This document shows positions 12,066 to 25,539 of a stretch of DNA of 64,000 nucleotides, piece by piece. A program made the translations under genes and the position numbers. Each line of letters begins with the position of its first letter. Position 1 is the first letter of the stretch. This DNA comes from Heptranchias perlo (taxonomy: Eukaryota). The notes beneath the pieces were generated by a model that saw only the letters and a program-made list of their open reading frames with translations, did not search any database and was not told the origin of the DNA. Location of the stretch: positions 2,728,001 through 2,792,000 of the forward strand of contig NC_090340.1 in NCBI RefSeq assembly GCF_035084215.1, given 5' to 3'.

Positions 12066-14799
12066 CCTGTTTCTCGCAGCATTACTTCACGCCCCTTTTG
12101 GGCAGACGTTGAATATTTTTTTCTTCGTCCATGGGGCGTGGGTGTCGCTGGCAAGGCCATCGTTTATTGCCCATCCCTAATTGCCCTTGAGAAGTTGATG
12201 ATGAGCCGCCTTCTTGAACCGCTGCAGTCCATATCTCTCCCAACTCTCAATAACAAGACACCTCATTTGACCCCGCCCGGCCCCTCGTCCTCCATTCTGA
12301 TCTTCAGTGGAAATTTACCGACATGACCACATTGACTGTAAAGTCATTCATTAGCTGTGATTATTCTGAGCAATCTCGAAGACCTGGAAGCTGCGGAATA
12401 AATGCAAGTTCTTTCTTTTTAACTGCAAAAGTTCATGGAATATTTTTATCTCAAAGACGGAGACTACTGTCCCATCCACTTCACCCTCTTCCTCAAATAG
12501 GTGACATACCACGTCCTTCCCCACCCCAGTTCTGATTCCTTATCACCGTGTTCCGTGTTCCCATCTACCCCTCTAACCACAGGGTTCATCGTCTGTTCAA
12601 AACCGACCTCCAGCTCCCTCGATCTCTTTACTAACCAGCAGTAGGTGCAATAGTGAGTGTGTATACAAGTTATCATTAAAATTACAAAATAAACTAAATT
12701 ATGAGTATTTGGAAATAATGGGGTAGATTTGCAACTTGCCTCCCGAGCGCAAAACTTGTGTTGAAGTCAATGGGAATTAAACTCAGGCAGGTCCCCAATT
12801 GGAAGGTGATTTGCTCCGCTGAATGACTGCCTGGGCAGTTAATGTGAAAATTACCTCCATTCTGAACTAGTTTTCAGCAATAAGTTACAACTCACATTTG
12901 GTCCACTAGACGGGTTCAGCTAGTCTTTAAGGACACTTCATTCAAAGGGGTGATGAAGCTCCGTGTCTGATCTTCGTGGGATCCATGTACTCATGTGGGC
13001 AAAACATGTCTCCATGGCACCCATATTCCTTTAACAATATCTTCTCTCTCTGCAGAGAAAAGGCGGTAAACAAAAACCGACAGAGAACTGTGTCCGGCAA
13101 GATAAACGAGAAGGTTGAAAACCCGCAGTCGATACGAACAGTACGATCTGCAAATAATACGCAGTCATCCAGTAGAGGCTGTAGGAGATGACTGAAACAC
13201 GAGGAGGCTGGTTAATGCAGGGCAGGAGGGTTTTCACTGGATGTAATACTGAGCCATAGTGAGAATGAGGACCGGGGCTTGGAAAAGAGGTAGAGTGTAG
13301 TTCCTCCATGGAGGCTGAAGGATGGACAGCCGTGAGCTGAGGAGTCTAAGGACCCAAACTTAGAGCACGGTATTCAAGAGTTTTATGATTAGAGAGCATC
13401 GCTCTTAAGCGGAGCTCTTGGTCTGTCCTACATGTGACATCATATCCTATTCTTCGGGGTTGGGGGGGGGGGGGGTGGTTATGGTTATAAAAAGCAGACA
13501 ATAATGCATATGCTGCCCGTTACACACCCCACTTCATTTGGTTTTCATTGAATTCATTCGGGCGGTTAAATAACGTTCGGCCGATCCACTTCCGCCTGTT
13601 TTGTGCCCCATCGAAGTTGAATTTCACCCCCTTAAAAGAATTAAGGCAGCTATTGATGGGCCCACATTCCAAGAACAGAAATATTCATCGTGAAGATCCA
13701 CTTCAAGCATCTGCAACACATTGCAGGATATTTCCCAGGACAAGCAGAAGATCCAGAAGAGAGTGACAATCCAACACGCCGCCAGGTGGATGTACAGGAG
13801 AACAGTGATGACCTCCAGGGAGGCAGTTACCATAGCAGCCTGACAGCAACAGATTTGTTCCAACACCTGGTTGAGACGATTCTTAACGACACTGACTAGT
13901 AGCAGCTCTGCCCTTCATCGGTGTCTATTTCATTAAGACAAGAATCACTCAAGTTTCAAAGGCTGCAGAAGAACTAACCTAGCCATTCACCTCATCTGCC
14001 CGTAGTCTGCTCTGTGGCATGAACTTCATTAGGTCTACTGCCCCTTTGTCTGTGGAAGACTTAATGGCACCATGAGCCATAACTTCATGGAATCGCGCTG
14101 ATCATCAATTAGCAAACCCATCTCCCCAGTGCAAATCTGCATTTTCTGCAGAGTTTATTAAACAGAACAGTAAACGTTTCAATAGACGATCCAGAACACC
14201 AAACAACTCAAATCGACCTGTAGACAAATTAGAACATACCGTTAGCTACTTTGACCGAAACAGCTTAAAGTGGGATCTGCCTTACAGATGCCATTCTGTA
14301 GCTCATACCTTCAGTTTTCGGTTGGCTTGGAATTCGCGTGAATATTGTGAAAATGGAACGGGGACTGGCGACGTGTAAATGCAATGGGAGAACCAACTAG
14401 GACGCGTTAATGGGGACTGACAGGCTTTTAGTGGATCCCTTGGTTCAGTTGGTTAGTGGCAGATTTTGGGAAGGAGACAATCTTCTGAATTTTACTTCAT
14501 TTTATGCTCCAAAGCCATCCATAATGAATGGAAAATACAAACCTATATTCTGGTCTCATTTTACATAACGCTTTGATTTTATATTATCTTTTCTGTTAAA
14601 TATCTAAAGATAGGAAATTTGGGAAGCAGAAAGTAGAGTTCGTTGGCCTATAGAAGCTTCTTTCCCCAAAGGGTTAGGAGCTGTGAGATGTGACCTGAAT
14701 TCCCTCTGTGATGACTATAGAAGCTGAATTTCCTCTCTGTACATTCACGGGCGCAGTTTGGCTGTTGCTCCGGACTAATTACTTCTATATTATATTTTT

Positions 14800-17135
14800 C
14801 TCTTGGGACCTCAGCTGTTTCTCTCCTACCTCCTCTCCTTCCTCTCACCCAGTCATGGAACCTTTCCATTCTCATTTCTCGGGTACTTTGGCCACAAACC
14901 CCTACCCCACGCCATCACTACTCCTCCACTTTCCTAGCCTTGCCTCGGGCTTAATTCCACCATATATAAGACCCTGAATATCCTTTGTTTCTCGCTTGAC
15001 ATTCTCTGAAGGCCTCCCTACACAAGAAACAATCCCAACTGCCTCATCCTCCTCTCTTGCCAATCTTTCCATTTCGGCTGGAGGCTAATCTGATTCCCAT
15101 CCTGTTCATCTTACCCACCACTGTCCCTTCAGATTTTGCCAATGGAACAAACAATCACCTCTTGTCCCCGCATTTCCCCCTAGATTCTTCGTCACTCGCA
15201 AACAGGAGCCTTGCCATTCATGGCCTTATTGTTGACGATCGCATTCACATCCTGACTTTGACTGAAACTTGCCCCACGGGTGACAACTCATTATCTTTAC
15301 CGAGGCCTTCCTATCTAGCCATACATTCCTCACCGGCCCCAACCGAACTGCTATAGCGGTGGTGTTGCCCTTACCACCAAATCACATTTTGATCTCTCCC
15401 ACTGCTCATTGATATCTTCTCTTTCGAGAACCGCACTCTCGCCTCTCCTTTAACATTCTCGTTGTTGACTGCCCGCATAAGTCCCATCCCATAATTCCCA
15501 CCGAGTAATCTCCCTCCTTTTCTGCCCCGGCCTTTGCACTGTGACCACTCATCATCGGCAATTTAAATCGGCACCTCAGCTCCCCTTGCCTCTCTCCTAT
15601 GATTTCACTTCTCTGCTGTTTTCCCTAAACCTCTCGTTGAGGTTCTGTATATCTGCTACCGATATACACAACCAGCCCCTCGAATTTGTCTTCTCTCGTT
15701 GCCTCTCTACTCCAATTGTCTAAATCACAGATAAGGCCTCTGACCAATTCTTTGTATCCTCACCAGCTGCATCCCCTTAATCCCTTCTAACCCCATTTCC
15801 ACCTGCATCCGTCTCTGGAATAAAACGCTCTCCGAGATACTTACATGTGCACTTTCAAGCTGGCAACTGCCCAGCCTCTGGCCCTCCAGTTGCTACGATA
15901 CCTCTGCAGCTGTTGATCTCTTCAAGCAGTTCCGTACCTCTACCTTTGGTGCCGTTGTCCCCAGTAAAACCTTGACTGTCTCCCATGCTGATTGTTGCCT
16001 CTGGTATGGCCCCTATCTTCACTCACTCAAGTGCAAGGGTATTTAACCAGGGGGCATAGATTTAAAGTGATTGGTAGAAGGATTAGAGCGGAAATGAGGA
16101 ACATTTTTTCGACCCAGAAGGTGGTGGGGGTCTGGAACTCCCTGTCTGAAAGGGTGTTAGAGGCGGAAACCGTCACTCATTTAAAGAATACCTGGATGTG
16201 CACCTGAAGAGCTGTGACCTGCAGCGCTACAGACCAAATGCGGGAGAGTGGGATTAGGCTGGGCGGCTCGTTTCTCAGCCGACGCAGACACGATGGGTCG
16301 GATGGCCTCCTTCTGTGCCATAAATGTTCTATGATTCTATGATTCTATTTGGTGCAGAACTGGTTGAGCCATTCAACGCCAGATCTGGATCAACTGCATT
16401 TTGGGGGAAAGGGCTTCACTCTCTTCTGCCAAAGCTATCGCCTAACGATCATCTTAGAGACCAAACATATTCCATCGACTGTGTCTACCGATGTACTCAA
16501 CCACACACTCACCTCCACCTTTGATGCCCTTGTCCCCATTAAAGCCATTACTCTCTCTCACCCTGGTCGTTCCCTCTGATACAGCCGGCATCTCCTCTAC
16601 CTTAAGTCCAAGAGACACAGACTTAAACGTTTATGGTGGGCGCCTGGATTAGCCATTCATCTCCAGACCTCGCTGGACCACATAAAGCACTATCGGGTCC
16701 TGATCTCCTCTGCCAAAGTGGTTCACTATTCCAGGATAATGGAATAGTGAACCGCTTTGCAAAGAAAAGTCCCGGCTTCTCTTTTCCATTATAAACCATC
16801 TTATTAAACCCTGCCTTAAACCCTGCCTTGAACTGAGCTGAGCCCTGTGCTCGCATCTTTCTCTAGTACCTCTCCTATCTCCCTTCATGTCATCCCCGAG
16901 CTCATCTTGACCATGGGACACACCCCCTGCTCCCTCGACTCTATTCCTACTAAACTGCTGACCACCCAACTTCCCTTCCTGCCCCCCATGTAAGCTGATA
17001 TTGTAAACGGTTCCCACTCGTTAGGTACTGTCCCCATCCCCTTAAAATCTGCTGTCATCACCCACCTCCTCAAAAAAACACCCTTGACCCCCACTGTCTA
17101 TGCAAACTACTACCCCATCTCCAACCTCCCTTTCC
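14800..17135 (+). mobile_element. Decayed L2 ORF2 remnants (at least two overlapping copies)
   Basis: SLANRSLAI..ILTLTET; CSLDSIPT; KKTPLTP..NYYPISNLPF; C/T-rich; 15905-16038 resembles 16485-16620. Confidence 0.75.
16035..16347 (+). mobile_element. CR1 3' fragment nested in L2 sequence
   Basis: TRGHRFKVIG; (ATTCTATG)n tail. Confidence 0.85.
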
Positions 17136-18471
17136 ACACGCCCTGACCTTTGTCATGAATCTCTCATGTGGCACCTTATCGAAGACCTTCTGAAAGTCCA
17201 TGTATACCACATTGCCCTTGTCTACTGTTTCTGTTACTTCATCAAAGAAATGAATAAAGTTGGTTAAACATGATATCTTCCCAATAGAAATCCTTTTTTA
17301 TTATGTTCTCCGTCTCTGGCTGTTTTGTTATCCCATACTTTTGCAAATATTCTTGCAACTTCCCTATATCTGACATTAAGATATCACATTGTTCACAACA
17401 TTTAGTTTCAGCCATTTATTTCAAAGTAAGACAGCGTGCTACCGTGTAGCGACGAGTAAACTGTAACTTGCCATTGACAGCTTTAGGTAAATATACAAGT
17501 GTAATCGTTTTATGCATTGGGACAGTGCACGGCCCCTTTACCTCTAGATTGAGACTGAAGCTATACCGACTGATCCTGAACGCCTTTCCAGTCTGCCTGT
17601 TGTGCGGTTCTTGGACAGCATGTTATTTTACTGAGTTCCCAGCAAGTGTCGGCCCACACTATGAAATTGACATTGAATTGGTAAACTAGTTGAAAGGGCA
17701 CACGAATGGAGGGTGCAGGAATTGCCAATGTCACAGTTATGCCTGGTGATTTAGCGAGGCATATTTTGAGATAGAATAGAGGGAGCACTACTCTGCCACC
17801 TATATCTGCCCCGGTAAGGCATGAATCCAACATGGATGGCATAAATAGAGACATTATTTGTATTGCCCAGCAATTATATGCTTACATTGAAAAACATAAG
17901 TTTTATTTGTGGAACGCTAAATGTTTTTAAAAATTAATTCACGCAAGACTAAACTAAAAATTATTAGCAAGGAACAACATATTGACTTTGACATTAACTG
18001 GAGATCTCTAAAATAAGACAGTGCCGCTTGCTAACATTGCATTTTATATTTTAATAGTTTTGTCCCTTGACCGGAAGTCAAGAAAGCACGTCAATAATGT
18101 TAATATAAACACATCGGAACATTACAATTAACGAGAAATAAACAGTAGATCAGCATTTGATAAACAAACTAGGTTGAAGCCTGTGATGGAACGCCTCATG
18201 GGGAGCATTGATGTCAGATGCTATTGTGGTTTTCTACCATATTCTATTTTAATTTGAGATTGACAGAACTGTCGGATTGGTCTTTTTTCTATATATTTAA
18301 TAGGGATAGAGACGGCCCGTACGGTCCAGTAAAATGTTGCGTGCACGATTAACCTTATTTCGCTCTTTGTTCTGTTAGATGACCCACGGTTCGTTCCTTA
18401 TTGATTCACTTATGCATTTCATTCTCTTTAGGTTTCCGTCTGTGGTTACAACCAATGCCATCTACAGCAGT

Positions 18472-18492
18472 CTATTTGCATTCTTCCATGGT
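18472..18492 (-). CDS. Gene B candidate terminal coding exon (TMEECK*)
   Basis: Acceptor context GATTTTACAG|ACCATGGAA resembles GATTTCACAG|ACCAAGCAA of the terminal exon at 40639; early TAG; AATAAA downstream at ~17905 and ~17418. Confidence 0.4.
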   Translation of the reverse strand, partial: TMEECK

Positions 18493-18710
18493 CTGTAAAA
18501 TCGAAGCATTTTCCGGTTAGTTCATGATCTGGAATAGTCAGCAGAGGAACAGAACGCGGTCGGCTGTAACTAAATTAAAGTTTCATCAAATATGTTACTT
18601 GAATAAAGGATATATAAATATCGGTATATTATTATTCAAATTGCGCAATTTTTAGTTCTGGCCGTATCCTGCACAGTATTTTCCGCCTGTTCAGAGCGCC
18701 TTACAATCAC

Positions 18711-18766
18711 CGAGATGTGTAATAAAATCTCATTACAATCCTTCGAATTGAAATAATTCTTAGACA
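18711..18766 (-). CDS. Gene B candidate cytoplasmic exon (VSKNYFNSKDCNEILLHIS)
   Basis: Strong acceptor TTCTGTTTTTCAG|, weaker donor TCG|GTGATT; 56 nt, phase 1->0, open. Confidence 0.45.
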
Positions 18767-19224
18767 CTGAAAAACAGAATAATTTTCTTCTACTCTCAGT
18801 GAGCAACTGCCTTGTGCCCAGAATTTGTTCCTCAGACACGGGTTCAATGACACACAAAGAGGTGTCCTTTCGATATTGAGAACACAAGAACTAGATGGCG
18901 CAGTGAACTCGTGCTTTAGGACCTGAGGTTTGAGTGCAGTCAGGATTGGAGATGACTTTCCATTTCTTGGACCTTCTCGATCGAACTGGTCGTGTTGTGG
19001 TTTACAGCATCAAAGTTACAATGGATTAAACATCGACAAAGAAGAATTATTGACTTCACTCAGAGAAGCCAGTGATGAGTTGGCCTGAGAGTGGGGATAA
19101 TACGCACGGTCCAATTGTCGTGCTTTTCATCAGGTGGAGCTTCAGCCATATTATTGAAGCAGAATAATGGAATGTCTAACACTATTGCACTACACCTCGG
19201 GGTGTGAAATGGGGCAGCGTCGAG

Positions 19225-19445
19225 GAAGGTCTACTCTCTATCTAACCCGTGCCCAGGGAGTGTTTGATGCGACAGTGTAGAGGGAGATTTACTCTGTATC
19301 TAACCTGTGCTGTACCTGTCCTGTGAATGTTTGATGGGACAGCGCAGAGAGAGATTTACTCTGTATCTAAAACGTGATGTAGCTGCTCTGGGAATATTTG
19401 ATGGAAAAGCAGAGATACGTTAGCATCCACCCGTGCTGTACTCGA
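19225..19445. repeat. ~67-bp tandem repeat, ~3.5 copies (TTTACTCTGTATCTAACC..TTTGATGGGACAG..GAGAG)
   Basis: TTTACTCTGTATC at 19288 and 19355. Confidence 0.85.
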
Positions 19446-20164
19446 TTGGGAACGATTAAAGCCAGTACTGGGAATGATAAGGATATGTTGATTTTGCTCA
19501 GCGGCCCCTCGTGCACATGAACATAAACATAAACATTTAGCAACAATCGAAATGCACAAAATACGGGGTAATCGTATAAGGCACAGATATGAAACATGCT
19601 CAGTTTTGGATCACATTCTTTTTACACATCGAGCATTTTCGAAAATGTACGAGAGAAACGCACCCGTTCTTCGAATTGTTGAGATCCCTCTTCGTCTCTG
19701 CGTGCGCCTAATGAAATACAACATTTAATTTTGACCATGAATCAGGAAGTGAACCACTGAGAGCAGGCAAATCCGAATTAGTCTCAGCCAATAACGTCTC
19801 AAGGATTACAGGTCATGAAAAGTTTTGAAAATTTCATCGCAACTCCTCCCCTTCGTTGGACAATTTTGAATTAAAGTTCCGGAAATGCATTCGGCCCATA
19901 ACACAGGGAATTACTGAATTGTAACTAGGAAACACCACCGAAAAATGAAAATATCGGTCTCGTTAATCATTTATTTTAAGTTAATTTGAATGCCTCTTGT
20001 ACAAATCATCTATTTCATATCATGGAACCAGTTAAAGCGGTTCAACATATCAACAGAATTCGATTCCTGTTGCAGCTTTAACGCGCCTTCCTCTGCCCGG
20101 CGTCATATTGTTCCCTTTTTTATTACAAATGTATTACAATGAAACTGCAGATTTGGCTCCTTAC

Positions 20165-20278
20165 CTTTACAGTTACTGAGTTGGTAACTCTTCCCAATGA
20201 CGGTGACGAGGGCTAGAAATATCAGTGCACCCCCTGTACATCCAGAAATCAGTAGGTAATGGGGGATGTGTTCATTGT
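20165..20278 (-). CDS. Gene B exon 4: transmembrane exon (DNEHIPHYLLISGCTGGALIFLALVTVIGKSYQLSNCK)
   Basis: Acceptor TTATTGTAG|, donor AAAG|GTAAGG; 114 nt, phase 1-1; ~22-aa uncharged hydrophobic segment; absent from the ORF track. Confidence 0.85.
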
Positions 20279-20849
20279 CTACAATAATAATAAAAATAAT
20301 AATGTGTTAGTTGCATGATGTATATATTCAGTGCCTCCACGGCAGAGCATGAGGACTGAGACTGTTAACTTGGGCAAGCTGCTTTACTTCTATGTATAAA
20401 ACAGAGTTGTATTGATTATTGTTTTCCCTTCAGCTGAATCCGGCATGTAAATTGTCTGCATTACAGGGGCAAAATGTAATTTTTCGATTTTCGTTGACAC
20501 GACAATGGTGAACTTTGAAGCTAAGAAGACTGTGGCGCAAATTGCAGCCGCATTATTCATCCTTGGGTGATGCCTCACGGAGAGCGCTGACACAGGGACT
20601 GACCTCGATCGGCAGGGTATTAATAAAGGGAAATGCGTAAATTAATTAGAAAAAGGCATTCCATGTATTTTGTCTCTATTAAATAACGAGGAATTGAATC
20701 GGATGAAGATTAGTTTAATTCAGTTTATCATTATAATCTCTACCGATTACACTCCATTCCTCTGATGGGAGACGTTTAACTTATTTATGCGTTTTACAAA
20801 TCTGCAAATAGAAACAACCTTTAAATGAAAACTCATTAAATTAATTGTA

Positions 20850-21895
20850 TTTTTTTATTCGTTCATGGGATGTGGGCGTCGCTGGCAAGGCCAACATTTA
20901 TTGCCCATCCCTAATTGCCCTTGAGAAGATGGTGATGATTCGCCTTCTTGAACCGCTGCAGTCCGTGTGGTGAATGTTCTCCCACAGTGCTTTAGGTAGG
21001 GAGTTCCAGTATTTTAACCCAGCCACGATGAAGGAACGGCGATATATTCCCAAGTCAGGATGGTGTGTGACTTGGAAGGGAACGTGCAGGTGGTGTTGTT
21101 CCCATGCGCCTGCTGCCCTTGTCCTTTTAGGTGGTAGAGGTCGCGGGCTTGGGAGATGCTGTCGAAGAAGCCTTGGCGAGTTGCTGCAGTGCGGTGGTTG
21201 GTACACACTGCAGCCACGGTGCAACGGTGGTGAAGGGAGTGAATGTTTAGGGTAGTGGATGGGGTGCCATTTAAGCGGGCTGCTTTGTCCTGGATGGTGT
21301 CGAGCTTCTTTAGTGTTGTTTGAGCTACACTCATCCAGGCAAGTGGAGAGTATTCCATCACACTCCTGACTTGTGCCTTGTAGATGGTGGAAAGGCTTTG
21401 GGGAGTCAAGAGGTGAGTTATTCGCTGCAGAATACCCAGCCTCTGACCTGCTTTTGTAGCCATAGAATTTATGTGGCTGGTCCAGTTAAGTTTCTAGTCA
21501 ACGGTGACCCCCAGGATGCTGATGGTGCGGGATTCAGCGATGGTAATGCCTTTGAATGTCAAGGGAAGGTGGTTAAACTCTATCTTTTTGGAGATGGCGA
21601 TTGCCTGACACTTGTCTGGCGCGAATGTTACTTGCCACTTATCAGCCCAAGCCTGGATGTTGTCCAGGTCTTGCTGCATGCCGGCACGGAATGCTTCATT
21701 ATCTGAGGGATTGCGAATGGAACGGAACACTGTGCAATCGTCAGCGAACATCCCCATTTCTGACCTTATGATGGAGGGAAGGTCATTGATGAAGCAGCTG
21801 AAGATGGTTGGGCCTAGGACACTGCCCTGAGGAACTCCTGCAGCAATGTCTTGGGGCTGAGATGATTGGCATCCAACAACCACTATCATCTTCCT
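20850..21895 (-). mobile_element. Second LINE family (CR1/L2-group RT), 5'-truncated, in the gene B C1-TM intron
   Basis: AGVPQGSVLGP, MFADD, YKAQVRSVMEYSP; tail GGCAATAAATG..CACATCCCATGAACGAATAAAAAA. Confidence 0.9.
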
Positions 21896-21987
21896 TGCAT
21901 GTCAGAAACACAAATGATTGAGAGTAAATAAAGCAGATTTAAATTGAATTATGGCTGCCAATATCTGTAAAAATATTAGCATCTTAC

Positions 21988-22296
21988 CTGGGTTAGATGA
22001 GGAATCAAAGTAAACAGCCACGGCTGGACTCTGCAGTGTGGGGTGAGACACCACACAGGTATACACAACTCCGCTCTGGGCTGGCTCTGTCGCTTTCAAA
22101 ATGCTGGAAGCTTCATACATTCCCTCAAAATTCAGCTTTTTAATGGTGGTGATTCCAATCACAATGTTGGTGTCATTTTTATACCAAATGAAGGTGAGAG
22201 ACTCCGGGTAGAACTCAGCCGTTGCACACACAAGAGTCAGAGCAGATGAGTTGGTTCCGGACACTTTGCGGGACAGTCTCATGGGTTTTGGGGAAG
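21988..22296 (-). CDS. Gene B exon 3: Ig C1-set domain
   Basis: Acceptor TTGTTCCACAG|, donor CAG|GTAAGA; 309 nt; LVCATAEFYPESLTFIWYK..YEASS..YTCVVSH. Confidence 0.93.
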
Positions 22297-23454
22297 CTGT
22301 GGAACAAGACAGAAAATACACTGATTGTCTGGACTCTGCTGATTTAGTCAGGTTTGGCGCTCAGTCTTCTTGAATATAACGGCGTGACTCTCGGTCACAG
22401 GTGCAGAGATAACCACTGACAGGAAATTTCCTGGGTCAGCAAGGTCGCCATTTGCTTGTTGGATGATAAGATGATTCCAATTCACACTTTGATTACTGAA
22501 CAATTCGAAGTAAGATTCTTCCCATAACTTTCTAGACTAAAATGCAAATGATTCACAACCGCCAACCGCGTTGCAGTAACAGGAGAATGTATTTCAGTGC
22601 TAGTAGACATTGAGGCCGTCGCTGCATTGTGCTTAGTCACAGAAAGAATAAGGTTTAGATTTCAATTCAGCCGCTTTTTGCTCTGTTTTATTATTGGGCA
22701 AGCTTTTGTAAATAGGCAAAACTTATTCAGGTAATATCAATTTAAACTCTTCGCGTTAAGAATTGCAAATTTGGAACAAAGCGGCAACATTATTACCGCC
22801 CAGACAATTGTTACTTTGATCACGGGATTATTGTCGGGGCAGGAAAAATCATTTCACCCAAAATTGTAAAGAGGAAAAAAAAACAACTTGCTGGAAATCT
22901 GGATTTGAAGAATTGGCTAGAAGTGAGATTTGAGAGGATCAACCAAGGAGCTGATTGAGGAAAGTGGCTGAAAGTCCAGTCACATAGCAAGGCTAACATC
23001 AGGCTGGAAATATATTATCACTGTAACGAGAACTGCACCCCCACCCCCCGACGTTCGTATTTGTTAAAGTTACAATTTAAATCGGGAGTCACAGTCTGAT
23101 CTCAGTCCACCGAGCAGTGCGTGAGGTCCCTCGGCGAAGTCGGATGCTCACTGATTGGTTTCGGCACTCATGCTGTGTAACTCCGGGCTAGTATCAAATT
23201 TAATTTTCAAAACTGATCACAGGTTCCCTTGGATCACACTGTAAACTTACCTGGAGTTAGTTCAAATGTGCATAGATTATAGGCCCTCCATCTCTGCTCT
23301 CTAAACATTTAACCATGTATGTACAGGGCAGGGGAATTGTACATCACACCTTGCAGTATTTTGATTCATTATTGTTAGTTACAGCTCAGTCTTGTAGTCA
23401 GTGATAAGACGCCGACGGATTTTACATGCAGATCAGTTTGTGTAATTGGACTAT

Positions 23455-24120
23455 TATAAATCTTTAAATGTAGCAGGACGAATATACGGTATCCTTGGCT
23501 TTATAAATAGAGTCACAGAGTACAAAAGCAAGGAAGTTACGCTGAACATTTATAAATCATTAATTATGCCTCAGCTGGAATATTGCGTCCAATTTTGGGC
23601 ATCACACTTTACGAAGGATTTCAAGGCCTTGGAGAGGGCGCAGAGAAGATTTACCAGAATTATACCAGGCATGAGGGAATTCAGTTTTATGGAGAGATTG
23701 GAGAAGCTGAGTTTTCCTTGGAGCAGAGAAGGTTAAGGGGAGATTTAATTGATATGTGCAAAATGATGAGAGGTTTTGCTAGAGTAAATAAGGAGCAACT
23801 GTTTCCTCTGACAGGAGGGTCGGTAAACAAAGCACATAGATTGAAGATAATTGGCAAAAGAACTAAAGCAAACAAGTGGAGATTTCTTTTTCAGAGCGAG
23901 TTGCTATGATCTGGAATGCCCTGACTGAACCTGTGTTGGAAGCAGATCAAATAGTAACTTTCAAAAGGGAACTGGATATAGACATGAAAGGAAAATTTTG
24001 CAGGGCTATGGGAGAAGTTCTGAGGAGTGTGATTAATGGGATAGCACTTTCAAACAGCCGGCACATGCACGATGGGCGGAAGGGCCGTTTTGTCTGCTGC
24101 AAGATTCTATGATTCTATGA
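23455..24120 (+). mobile_element. CR1 3' fragment in the gene B V-C1 intron
   Basis: QLEYCVQFW, RRLRGDLI; ATTCTATG tail. Confidence 0.88.
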
Positions 24121-25035
24121 AATTAGAGGCAGGTGCTTTCGTTGTGACAAGAGTTTTTAAACACACAGGAACACGTACATTAAATAGGAAGGATCCGAAA
24201 ATATTCTTCAGTCCAGTTGTCTATTCCCTAAATTCTAATACCTCTGAATCGTGTACTCCATCAAATTTCGATCCAATTCTCCCGTAAAATGTTCCACAAT
24301 ATCTACGGTCACCAGACAGTCCGTTTCACATATTCACCACCTTCTGTGTAAAGTAATTAAATCTAAAGTCAACCTTTCCTTTGAAAAGTTACAACCATTG
24401 ACCACTGGTTGCCGTCTTTGTGGCAATTTAGAGCTAACTACCTATTCTCAAAATAATCTTGAATACTTGAATAAAATGTCCAATGCGCCTTCTGTGCTAC
24501 AACGTAAACAAGCCCAGGCTCCTCAACGGTTGGTGATATAATTGTACACCGTATTCAAGGAGTGGCCGTACCAGTATCTTATACAAACTAATTTGTTCTC
24601 TTTCCTTGTAGACAGTCACCCAAGGTCATGTCTTGCTACCGCTTACCGCGATTTTGGCTTCAGATCCATCTATAGTGTCCTGGAGCCCAGAGATAATTAA
24701 CCAAAAATAATAAAACATCATAATGTGTGATAATCGCGGTACGGCCTTAGGGCTGATTTTAAATAATGTTCCCTGATCAACTTACAAAACTAACACCATG
24801 GATAAATTCGCTAAATGATTAAAAAAACTGATGATACGATATACTTAATGCAAGATACTCAAAGCACTTCAATTATACCTGGTCTGTAAATATCCAAACA
24901 TAAAAGTACCAGGGATTCGACTATTAGAAATGTTTGAAAAAGAAGCCTCGTAACGTGGCCCTCCGCCTCCTTTCGTTATTTTGCAATGACCGTGGTGTAA
25001 TAGCAAAGGCCCCATCTCTCTGCAAGGCCGCTTAC

Positions 25036-25347
25036 CGTGCACAACGAGCGTCGATCCATTTCCATTTACCATTGCGTATCCTGCGTATCTCACTCCGCAG
25101 TAATAGAATCCGGAGTCGGGGACACGCACACTCAGGATCTGGAAAGAAGCCTCTCCGTTTTTCAAATGAAAGAAACGTTTTCTGCCGTCAGAACCTGGTT
25201 TTAAGAAGTTATTGTCGCCAAGTTTCCACCAATAAACAGTCACATCTGAATTATCCTGGTCAGAGCTCGTCAGGCATTGGAAAGTAATGTCTGCACCTGC
25301 CATCACACTGGTGCTTTCAGGGGTTTGGAAAACTTCAGCGGGAGCAA
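25036..25347 (-). CDS. Gene B exon 2: VJ-type Ig V domain
   Basis: Acceptor GTTTTATAG|, donor CG|GTAAGC; 312 nt; VFQTP..FQC..YWWK..DSGFYYC..NGNGSTLVVH. Confidence 0.93.
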
Positions 25348-25399
25348 CTATAAAACAGTCAAAAACATTAATTACAAAATAGGGATAAAAGATAGTTAT

Positions 25400-25515
25400 G
25401 CATGGATAGATCGATTGATCGCTAGATAAATAGATAGATGGATAAATCGATAGGGATAGATAAATGTATAGATGGAAGAAAAAAAGAAAGTAAGAAAGAC
25501 AGAAAGAAGATAAGA
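25400..25515. repeat. Degenerate (GATA)n/(GAAA)n microsatellite in gene B intron 1
   Basis: Direct reading. Confidence 0.8.
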
Positions 25516-25539
25516 ATGGTCAAGTGTAACGGAGAATAC

